Position numbers and translations under genes: made by a program
Notes under the pieces: model-generated
The model's input: the letters and a program-made list of their open reading frames with translations, nothing else
Told to the model about the DNA's origin: nothing
Databases searched by the model: none
Part shown: positions 50,723 through 61,600 of the stretch, piece after piece
Layout of the letters: each line of letters begins with the position of its first letter
Numbering within the stretch: the stretch's first letter is position 1
NCBI GenBank assembly: GCA_965202585.1
Contig: OZ241832.1
Span: 23,312,001 to 23,376,000, forward strand
Direction of reading: 5' to 3'
DNA length: 64,000 nt
Origin: Thalia democratica
Lineage: Eukaryota

Positions 50723-51473
50723 ATGATGTTTAAAACCGGAAAATCTTCTACTTTGTTTTTTATTGGCTCAATTCTGGTTTTTCTTTTGGTTGTACAGAAT
50801 TACGAAGTTGAAGGTAGAAGGTTTGTTTAATTACTAACATGTACATCACAATACTTAAGCATAAAACTAAAAAACTATGTTTCTAAAATTTATATAAATC
50901 GTACAAGATCTGAAGTTTTTATAAACTATCTACCGATAAACCTTTAAAAAAATATTTTACTATGTTATAGTGTTTTTTTAAATTGAAAATTTTAAATATA
51001 TGTCAAAAACTATCTCTGTAAATTTAAAAAAATAAGTAAAAACAGTATCAAAACAGTCAATAGAGTTGCATGTTATTAGTTTTTTTTTTAGTTGTTTAAC
51101 AACCACGAAACAGTTAATATGATTCGTAGACTAACATTGAGAATGTTGAGAAACATGAGTGTTGATCAGTTACGCAATGTGAAATGTGAGGGTAGAATGT
51201 TAGACTATTGCAATTACATTGGATCATGGTGCACTGCAGAAATATTAACCGTTCGCAGAAAAAGAGATACCGGTAACTTTTGTTTGTTATATGTAAAATG
51301 ATAGAAGCATTAGGTTTACTTTAAGGTATCTTGACTAAGAAAATGTATATATTTTTATTGAACGATAAAAAAGCGCTTAAAAATTTTGCTCCAACGACAT
51401 TGTGTACAGAAAAAAATTTCGGTTATCGAGTAGTACACCACACTTTTTTACATTTTCAGATGAGCTAGAATAG
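50723..51473 (+). CDS. Small secreted prepropeptide (signal peptide, cationic Cys-containing core, RRKR site, acidic tail)
   Basis: Exon 1 50723-50820 (or 50813) MMFKTGKSSTLFFIGSILVFLLVVQNYEVEGR; exon 2 51092 (or 51114)-51272 ...MIRRLTLRMLRNMSVDQLRNVKCEGRMLDYCNYIGSWCTAEILTVRRKRDT; phase-1 intron; exon 3 51460-51473 DELE*; AATAAA at 51511. The first junction is ambiguous: the strongest donor/acceptor pair is out of phase. Confidence 0.65.
51369..51441 (-). mobile_element. SINE body fragment (same family) in intron 2 of the prepropeptide gene
   Basis: Reverse complement GTGGTGTACTACTCGATAACCGAAA...TTTTAAGCGCTTTTTT. Confidence 0.6.
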
Positions 51474-52680
51474 AATGAATTTTTTGAATTTTTTTTTTTA
51501 ATCCTTAAAAAATAAAACAATGAATAAAATTAAAGAGAAGAAAAAAAAAGTATGGTGTATTTAACAATTTAAACCTTGAAAGTAAAAATAAAAACAATAA
51601 CATTTTTGTGAAATAGAAGAAATTGAAACATACTTATTAAAAATCTTAAGAACATGTTTTTATAACTAGTTTAAAGTTAAAAAAACACTACATTATTTAA
51701 CAACAATGTAATGTTTCAGTTGGCAAAAAGAAAAACAGAATTTGAAAAATATGCAGAGAAGTTTGTTACAACAAAGATTATTAGATTATAAGTAAGTTAA
51801 AAACAACTTCTGTTATGACTGAAGCATCAACTATTAAAATGTTGTTTTTAAATGTTAATACTTTTGTTTTAAAAATACTTTGATCAGTAGCTTTATTGTT
51901 TTATTTACATCTAAATATAAAGGACTTTGTTTTTAATTTGTAAAATAAATTGTAAATGTTGACCACTTGTTACCAAATATACTTTTTTGTTTATGTTTAT
52001 TCTTTGCTTGTAAGTAAAATAATTTGCACATTCAGATAACAACTATATCAAAATACTTAACTGTTTTTAATTTACTATCAAGCAGTAAAACTAATATTTT
52101 TTTAATGGTTTCTGTAAATTAAACTAGTTCAAAAAGTTGTTCTAATGTCTTCTAATTAAACTATTTAGTTTACTCTGAAAAAAAAGTTTAATACTCTGTT
52201 TTAAACTAAAACTTTTCTTTTTCCCTGTTCGTGGTAAAAAAAAAAATATTTACATTCCATAACAAAAAGTGTACCCACTAAATACTGTTAAGAAAAAAAA
52301 AGTTGAAACAACTTCCAAGTAAATACTTTTCATTTATTATATAAAGAAATACTCTATTCTTTAGTTTTACTACTTAAATCGGGCAAAAAATATCTTTTTG
52401 AATAAAAAACTCAACTACGACTAAAAATAAGAGAGTTTAGCTACAGAAACTTATTATGCGTAGTTTACTTTTGTTTCTATACTTGAGCTAACAATTGGTT
52501 TGTTGTTTAATTTTTGTCTGTAACAAAGTACTATTTGTGTTAGATTAAAATAACTTTAAGCAAATTTAGTACCTCAGTTTTAGTTTAAATAACATTTGTA
52601 ACTAACGTAAATAATTTCATATGCTTTTCAATAGTAAAAATAAGGGTATTAAGGATTAAGCTTTATAACTATTATATGTA

Positions 52681-53599
52681 CAGTAACCTCTTGCATCTTT
52701 ACGCACTCGTGACGTTACGCACTCTCGTTTAGTTACGCATCTTAGAGTTCTAAAGAATTATAAATTTTTTTTTTTAATATTGCACAAATAGGTTTATGGT
52801 ATTTTTTCAATTAAAAATATGTTTTCGAATTTTAACTCACCTCTCCATATCTTTAGACTTAGTAAACTTATGTTCTTTAACTAATTGATAAACATTTAGT
52901 TATATCTCAGTATATCAGAAATTTTGTTTACAATAAAAAATTAAATTAAAATTCTGAAAGAAATATTACTGTGTTAAATAATGAAACACAAATAAATAAC
53001 ACAGCACTGTTGCCCTATGTATGAATAAAAGTTTAAAAAAGAAATCTAATAGAACTTCCTAGCAAAAAGTAGCACTGATACTTAATAAATATAGAGCTTA
53101 CACTTAACACAAATCTCAATTGTTTTTTTAGTAAACATACCATTAATTATCACTTGAGTTTTTTTTTCGTTTAAGTTCTTTTGTAACACTTGCTTTGCAC
53201 AGCAAGCGTTGAAATTCTTCGCACGTTGCCTTCAAATCTTCGTAATGTATAAAATATATTGTGTGAAGTAGCAAATAAGTCACATATAAATAAAGATAAA
53301 GATAAATTATATTTATTATTAAAATTAATAAAATTTTATTACAAATATAATTGTTTTATATAAATTAAAACCCTTTTTTTAATATATTTATAGTTTTATC
53401 TTTTGTTTTCATAGTTATACATAAAGTAAATAAACTGTTAAAAGTGGGAAAGTCCTCAGTATGCTTTTAACTAGAAGCATTATCAAAAAACATCTATTAT
53501 AGTGAATATAATTGGTACCTCTCGTATCTTTACGATCTCTCGTATCTTTACGCACTTTTTCTGTGGACACAATGTGCGTAAATAAGCGAAAGGTTAATG
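52681..53599. mobile_element. Tc1/pogo-type non-autonomous element (or two MITE remnants) with TA flanks
   Basis: TA|CAGTAACCTCTTGCATCTTTACGCAC ... GTGCGTAAATAAGCGAAAGGTTAATG|TA (21/26 TIR match); extra left-TIR-like copies at ~53516-53562. Confidence 0.55.
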
Positions 53600-54603
53600 T
53601 AAATAAAAATAATAAATATATTCATATATATATATATATAAGAGTTATTAAACTTTACTTATAATGTAACTAACATAAAATTAATTTTTAGTTACCGGTC
53701 TTAAATTGTTATACTGAAACTTAACTATAGCAAAATAATGACTTAAGTTACTTATAAAAAACATTAATGTTCTACTAACTTTTAAAAATGTAAGGTAACA
53801 GATAAAAGTGGTTGTAACTACAACTACTTTTTCATTGTATACATATTTAAATGCTTAATTTAATACTTGCTAATAAATCTACTAAACTAAATGCTGTAGA
53901 TATTCTTATTAATATTTGGTGTAGCTATGCAAAACTATTTAATATCTATTTTTTCAATATAACTATAGTAGCTACATGGTGAACTCTAAATAAATTCAAA
54001 ACAGAACATTATCTTACGTTTGTGTAAAACTAATTTGATAATCACTGTTATTAGCATTATACTAGTGTAGAACTAAGTAAAAATTAATATGTTCATACTT
54101 TTTTGTAAGAAAATGTTTATTATCGTATTCTTCTAAAAAACATATTTTCAGTTAGTAAAGTTTTTTGTTAAAAAACACTTTAAATTAATGTTAAAAAATA
54201 CTAATATTTTGGAAAGTACTACTTCATTTATGAACAAAAAACACATTAGTATTTGTATCCCATTGTTTTTTATACAATTCTTACAAATATTTTATTCACG
54301 CTACATGCGAAGTTTTCAACTTAATGGTAAACCAAATATCTTACTGTAGTTTTAAAAAAACATTTCAAACTTTGTTGAATAACTGTATAACTTGTTTAAC
54401 AAACGATTTCAACATTTAAAATTTTAATGATTTTTGATGTTATTAAGTACTTATGAAAAAAATTAAAAGGCAAAGTTTTAAAGAACATTTTCTAAACAAA
54501 ACTTTGAAGTTAACATGACATAGTTTTAGAAATGTGTTTTACTTAAATTATATTATTATTCTTATAACTATTATTAGTACAGTTCTATAGGTTTACTGTC
54601 GTT

Positions 54604-54878
54604 CTAACTCGCTATCATTTATAACACGATCTTTTCTAACCCAATCACTTCTAACCCGATCATTACTAACCCGATCACATCTAACCCGATCACTTCTAAC
54701 CCGATCACTTCTAACCCAATTACTTCTAACTTGATTACTTATTACCCGATCACTTCTAACCCGATCATTTATAACCCGGTTATTTCTAACCCGATTTAAC
54801 CCAGTTATCTCTAACCCGATCAATTCTAATCCGATCATTTCTAACCCGATCTAACCTGACAATTATAACCCGATCAGT
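54604..54878 (+). repeat. 15-bp minisatellite CTAACCCGATCACTT (~19 units)
   Basis: Counted directly; two 10-bp and one 14-bp truncated units; each unit contains the TAACCC hexamer. Confidence 0.95.
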
Positions 54879-55194
54879 ATAAATAGGTTTGTTTACTATT
54901 TTATTCAAATAAGAGTTTGTTTTAAAAACAAATTAGTATCAACGCAGTTGTTTTTTTTTAACGAAATTTAGTTTCTTTTGTTAAAAGTTAAACTTAATGT
55001 TCAGAAAGCTGTTGTTAAAATTTAATTTTTGTTATTTATTGCTATTGGAAGTTTGTTATCCTACGCTAGACCCCTACATCAAAATTCGGGCCACTTAAAC
55101 TGAATGACACTTAAGAAAGAGACGAAAATTTATTTATCTAAAATCTAAAACTATAGTTTTATCTGTTATTTATAGATTAACAGCAAAAGAAATC

Positions 55195-55640
55195 AACACT
55201 TTAGTATAATACTAATTGACTTATTTAAAATTTGAAGGAGAAGGTTTTTAACAAATTTAGTTTCAACTACATAATAAGCAAGTTTAACATCAATTCTTTC
55301 ATCGATCAGTGAATTTCAATAAAACCAAACCCAACTGCATAATCTTTCAATTTAGAATTGACTTTCACTCTTAAAAATTCACTAACACATATTTGAGACG
55401 ATTTAGTAAATTATTTCAATGAATATAGTGCATCAATCAGCAAAATAGTCTGAATCACGGACTTCTTCATTAAAATAAGTTCATGGCTACTTTTATATAA
55501 TTCATTTTGAACATACTAGAATATCAGAATTCAAACAAACTACAAACTTTCATGAATAAAATTTATTCTTGTTCAAACATCAACCGGATCTACACATCAT
55601 AACTTTTAGAGTTAGGTTTTGTACATTTGTGCAACCGTTT
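55195..55640 (-). pseudogene. Degenerate reading frame of unknown origin, divergent from the MULE transposase fossil
   Basis: Stop-interrupted but protein-like translation ...QICVSEFLRVKVNSKLKDYAVGFGFIEIH-(shift)-DERIDVKLAYYVVETKFVK. Confidence 0.3.
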
Positions 55641-55830
55641 GGTATTTCATTGTTTTTTTTATCAATTAATTTTGTCGCTTTGCTAAAGAATAATCGATAC
55701 AATTAAAATAAACATTATTGCAGTTAAGGTAAAGACAAATGTAAAAATAAATCAAAAATTTAAGTGCATTGACTAACGAATAAATTTTAATTTTAAAGTC
55801 CAAAGCACATTAAGAATACAGGACAAGTAA

Positions 55831-57210
55831 ATGTCTACCGAAAATATTGAAACACGGTTTATTTCTTACAGAGGAAAGGCGCTGCTATTACAATCAAACT
55901 ATAGAATGAACCAAATTTTAAATAATAATTCAATGGTCTATTTGTTTAAAAACTTTTTAAATTACTGATAGTTTCTAGTATAAAGTATCTTATCTTAATG
56001 AAGTAAACTTAAATCATAGTTGTTTAATTTTTTTCAAAAATTAGTATTGTTTGAAAACTAATTCCACATTTAAACTAAAAGATAATTATGACTGCATGAG
56101 TTTTTCGATTTATTTTCGTGGTACTTAATTATTTTAATAAGGTTAGAAAATGGATTATTAACTAATTGTAATTAATTAGTTTTAAAAAGCATTAGGAAAA
56201 GTATAAGTCTTTTAAGTTCTAAAGATTAAGTATTAAGTTTTGTTAATCTTCAATGTTAGAAATATGATGAGTATTGCAGCCACTCCGGACTTTTTCTTTG
56301 AAGAGATTCTATATGGTTAATATATATTTTTTAAGTATGGAGACTAGATTGGTAAGTTGCATTCAAATTTAGGGCAAATTTATATGAAATACAACTTTTT
56401 AAGAATACTAATATCAGTATATATGAAACTTGAAATAGCACAGTTAATAAAATTTAGTAATCTTAGTTAGTATGGTGGTTTAATTTAAAATTATCATTAT
56501 TAAATTTTAAGTTCTTAAAACGAAAGTGTTCACTGTTTAATAAGTCAAAAGCAGAGGTAGATGTTTTTTAATATTTAAAACCAGTCATTTTCTAGAACTT
56601 TTTTTTTCTTTTAGCCGGTGGTTAACTATATTTAGAGATTAAATAAGATATATTATGTGATATACGTGTGTATAAAAGTTAAGTGTCAAAAACTTATAAA
56701 TTTGCTTTTTTTTTTCTTTTAAAATATGATGTATACAGAGCAAAAAAAAATTATATTTATCTTTAAAAGTTTTTAATATTTAAAATTGCAAAAACAGCTT
56801 CTCACGATCAATAGTAAAAAATTCTTTAAAAAATTTCTTGATATCTTTTAAAAGTTATATGTTTCACAGGTTTCCAAAAAAACAAACACTTAAGATTAAT
56901 TATCGAATAATTAGTAATTTGATTAATTTATATAATTTAAAAACTTATAATAAAATATGTTTGTATTGTGAAACTTTAATATAGGTTTAGGTTTCTAATA
57001 AAGAAAAAACTCATGACATTTATAGAAATTTAGAGGTGCAAAAAAACACCGAGAATAAAGTCAATAGAATTCAAGCTGGCTTTACTGTAATGAATACAAA
57101 GTAAATATGTTGCTTGTAATAGTCGTTTGAAAAAATAGTTGATTAAAGGAAACAACGAACGTGATGGAATTTTTATAAACTTTTGCTTTAAGCTATACTT
57201 AATTTAACTA
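55831..57210 (+). mobile_element. Fossil Mutator-like (MULE) transposase
   Basis: N-terminal FLYWCH-like start MSTENIETRFISYRGKALLLQSNYRMN at 55831; C-terminal block (with frameshifts) LMTFIEI..QKNTENKVNRIQAG...SKYVACNSRLKK at ~57008-57200, matching the MULE pattern W.FI..L..EQ...E....Q..AG......KY.....RI. Confidence 0.55.
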
Positions 57211-57446
57211 TAATTAATTTATTACTCGATTTCAAAATGTCTTTTCAGTACTTATTTCGTTTTTACCTACGTTTTTTCAACTGTTCATCATAAAGTAGAT
57301 TTTGAAGAAATTTTGTCGGCTAAAATACTAATTTAAGTCGTAATTGAAACATTTTGTATATTATAAAGATTTAAGTAAAAGTTTTAAAGATGATTACCTG
57401 GGAACGATTTGATTAACCTCTGACTTGTTATACAAATAAACATATC

Positions 57447-57753
57447 TGTTTAATTATTGGTGACAATTTTTGTTCTAGGACTAAGTAGGAATTTATTAAT
57501 GATGTGAAATCAAGACGGTCAATCGACGTAACATACTTTTGCGGTTTGTTATATAAAATAACTGTTTTAATATCTAGGTTATACATAAAAATCATGCTTT
57601 TTCACTTAATATAACAAAAGTATTTAATTTCCCTTATGTTTGTTTGAATTCCATTTTCTTATTAGGTCATTGAAAGTTGTATATCAATTTGTTATAGTTA
57701 TAAAAATGAAACTTAAAACTAACCTACTATAAAACGTCAAAACATTAGTCAGC
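57447..57753 (+). repeat. Direct duplicate of 1455-1766
   Basis: Collinear near-identical sequence. Confidence 0.9.
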
Positions 57754-58280
57754 CAAAATACAACATTTACAACAGACATACAATGTAGTTTTTAGACGGT
57801 ATTATAAAGGTTTTTGTATCTGAATATTACAACTGTAAAGGTTTACTTTAAAAAAAAAATTTAGATTAAAACTATTATAAGATCTAACTTAAGTATAGTT
57901 ATAAATGCTTACTTTAAAATCCAAAAACGAATATTTCAAAATATTGCAAAGTAAACCATTTAGTAAATTGTATATGAGTAACGAAAAACGTCCATTAAAG
58001 AAGATTGATAGAACAAAAAAATATGAAATAATGAAAAAATACTAAAATTATGTGTAGGGTGAAATATCAAAAAATGAGGTAGTAAAAATAAATTAAACTT
58101 ATGTTAAGTTAATACTAAAATTAATATTTATACTAACAATGTTTTTTACGTTACACAATAAAATAATAATCTTTTAAAGAAACTAAAAATAAAAAATAAC
58201 AAATATTTTATTAACTTTATTAAGACTAGTTTGTTTTAGCATAAAATCCAGTTTGAAAAGGTAAAAATAAACAAGTATAA

Positions 58281-58322
58281 TGGGTTATAAACATTCGGGT
58301 TAAAAGTGATCGGGTTAGATCG
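58281..58322 (-). repeat. Three inverted copies of the 15-bp TAACCCGATCACTT unit
   Basis: GGGTTATAAACATTC GGGTTAAAAGTGATC GGGTTAGATCG, reverse complement of the 54604-54878 unit. Confidence 0.75.
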
Positions 58323-58615
58323 TTAATTTTGCTACTTAACTACCAAATGCATTGTAAATCTCGTTTGCGAACATTTCAACAAACAATTTTTATAGTAAAC
58401 AAGTATAGCAGACTATAAAATTTATAAGTAAACAGCTTTGATATAGTATTGCATGTTATTTATAAATATTATTCTTGTAGACTTAGAAAACAAATACATT
58501 ATAACTTCATCTACAAAAACTTTAGACTGTACAAATGTTTTTTTTTTACAAACACTATAATGTAGAAGTTGTTCAGTCAATAAACATAACTAATATAGTT
58601 TTAGTAGATAAAGTA

Positions 58616-61600
58616 CTTTGTCGAAATTAGAGCAAAAATATTTTATGTGTTTAATTCTAAGTACTAAGTTTGTACTATGTCTGTTTATTTCAGTAATGTG
58701 TTTAACAAATTTAATATTTTAAATTTTGTAGTAAAGAAATAACTTCAGCAGGGTTCGGCAAACGAAATTATATAAGTATTATTCGATATGTATTGATTTA
58801 AAATTTTGTTTTAATATTGCTAAGAACACGTGCTGGATAAAATTTAAATCAAATAAATTATTTTTAGGTTAAAAATATTTTTAAATATTAATAAATTTTT
58901 AATTGGTTTGTTAAAACTAAAACTGAATGAAACAGAAAGTAAAGTTTTGGAACTAAAAATGATGACCTCAAACATATTTTAAAAAACCTCACTACTGTAT
59001 ATTAATACATTTTACAGTTAAAAAAAAAATTCAAGATATTATTTCAATATTATTTGCTTTATTGAGTTTAAAACAAACAATTTACGTAATCGAATCTTAT
59101 TTACTTTTTTTTTGAACAAGCTGTGTTAGAACTGTTTATTTATGGCTGAAGTTTTACAAAAATAAGTATTCTTTTTTTTTAATTCGCTTACAAGTTTTTA
59201 ATTACGTCGAAAAACTCTTACTAAATATATAAATAAAGTTAAATACAACATTAAAACAAATATTTAACTTTATATTGCTCCCAAAACATCTATTTCGGTT
59301 AAGTATTCTAACGGTTGAAATTTTACTAACAAACCTAACTAAATATAACATTAAGTTTATGATTTGAAAAAGGCATTGACTTTTAATTTTGATGTTAACA
59401 GTTGGGTCTTGTAAAAATGTTAACTTTTTGTTTTTCTAATTAAATTAAAAGCTTAAGTTTAATAGTTACTTTTAGACTTACTATAGATGTTCTTGTTGAA
59501 AAACTTATATAAACAGTTTCTTTGTTTTTATTATAAGTTTGCAGCAGTTATCTTTTGTTTATTAGTAAAATATTTAACCTTTTTAATCATAGTAAATTAA
59601 AAAGTAAGACAAAATAGAAAATCATATTGATCATCAAAATATTTATCTAAAGTTTCTTCAAAAAAACTTTAAGCGTTAAGTAGTTTAAAATCTACAGAAA
59701 ACATAAATGTAAAAATATATAATAAATAAAAAATAACATATTTAATATATTTGTTATGTAAGAACTTTTTTTATAAATAGTTCAATTTCATATAGTAAAA
59801 TCTAACTCAAAAATTAATGTTAAAACAAACTAATATTTATCTCGAGTATGCCCGATAAAGCGTAAAATATATCTTTTTATGTGACGTCATTAATAGTTCA
59901 AAAATTTTCTTAAGGTTTTAGTTTGTATATAAACAAACTACAAAATAGTACTCATAGTTTTATGCAAAATATAATAATATCTACTATTATTTTCACCACG
60001 TTTAATTCGTGGTTAAAAAACAAAGCTTAAAGGCTGAATAGTTTCGTTAACTTAGAACAAAGAATTAATGCTTTATGAAAAGTAATAATAAAAAGTAAAC
60101 GATACCAAAAAGATAATGAAATTTGAAGCTATGTCAATTAACACACTCAACTTCATTATTGAAAACATTTTAATATTTTTTTTGATTAGTCGCTGTGAAA
60201 CAAAGGTTTATACGTTATTAAATGACAATCGATTAAAATTTTAAAACCTTTCGAGGCTGAAAGTTTTACTTATAGTCACGTTATTTTTTTAGTTTTAATG
60301 ACACTTTTACTTTTATTCAGTTTTAGTTTTAGTTAAGTCTATAATTTTTTTAAATTTAGTTTTAGTTACACTAATATTTTATTCTGTTTTGGTTACAACG
60401 GCCTAATATAAAAATAATTAACATTTTAGTACAAAATTAACCTTGACTAAAATATTTATGTCTAACTTAACTTACTCTCCATAATTGTCTAACTTTTTTT
60501 TAATCCATCACTTAAAGGTTTTCATTATCACTTATCATTTTAAAATAGAACCATAGAAAACAAAAGTAGATCTATTTTTGGCCCTTTTTTGAAATCAACC
60601 TACATATTTTGTTAGTTTACAAAAGTTTAATTATTATTTGTTTTCTTTATAAAACTTGAGTAGGTTAAACTAGTTCTTTGCTTTTATTTTTTTTTAATAT
60701 TTACAAACTTTTACTAAATACTTTTTGAAACCTGTTAATACTTGGGAAAAATTTGTAAAACTAGGCAGTACAGTTACCTGAAAAACTTAGAAACGTTTTG
60801 ACAAGTACTCTTGGTGACATAAAATTTCTGAAAAGAGTTACATAAAGAGCAGTTATACAATTGTATATCATAAATATGATATTAAAATAAACTACAGCAG
60901 AAAAATATATAGAGCATACTATTTATGAAGTACGCACTTGCGTAAGTTAAGCACTAAATTTCTAAAATTAATTGATTTATACTAGTTTAACTAGAAGAGC
61001 AGTTATATAATTTTAATTAAATAATGATTATTGTAACTATCACATAATTATTATTGAACATATCAAGAACTTCCAAAATAGAGTGAAATAGACTGTAATT
61101 CAGTTTGTTATGACAGCGCCTTAAAGTATTAGGCTGTATTAGCAATAGAAGAAGCCAAAAAATATATAGTGAAATTGACATGTCTGACGAAATATTATTT
61201 TTTAAGCAAATGTAGTTTAAATTTTTAATTAAAATTTTTTGATACAACCTGAAATAATATGACCCGTAAGTATATTAAATGAGTTAAGTTCCAAGAAGTA
61301 TTGTTTTAATTTTTTATTAATTATTAGTTTAAACACTTAAATTGTTTGAAATTTAAAATTTAATGTTTATTTTTGAATTATTATCATAACAAGATAAGTT
61401 TTGCTGAATGATTTGTTTACAAAATGTTACCATTTTTCCTTGTAAAAATTAATCATAACTGTTATACCACTGCGGTGCACTACAACAGCTGCGTTATTTT
61501 TGAGTCTAAATTCTTATGAAGTTCATGAATTAAAAAAAAAAAAGATTCTTATTGAGTTTTTCATCAAAGCCGGTACAAAATGATCTCTATGTACAGGAAC

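Noticed and set aside
53150-53255. Minus-strand peptide YEDLKATCEEFQRLL similar to LKEACEEFEKRV of the 13554-13967 ORF
   Set aside because: Too short, no start or splice support, lies within a TE-bounded interval; likely chance
54593-54838. 81-aa repetitive ORF (RVRSD repeats) on the minus strand
   Set aside because: A by-product of the 15-bp minisatellite (unit length divisible by 3); no start context or domain
54604-54878. Interstitial telomere
   Set aside because: TAACCC occurs once per 15-bp unit, not as contiguous (TTAGGG)n
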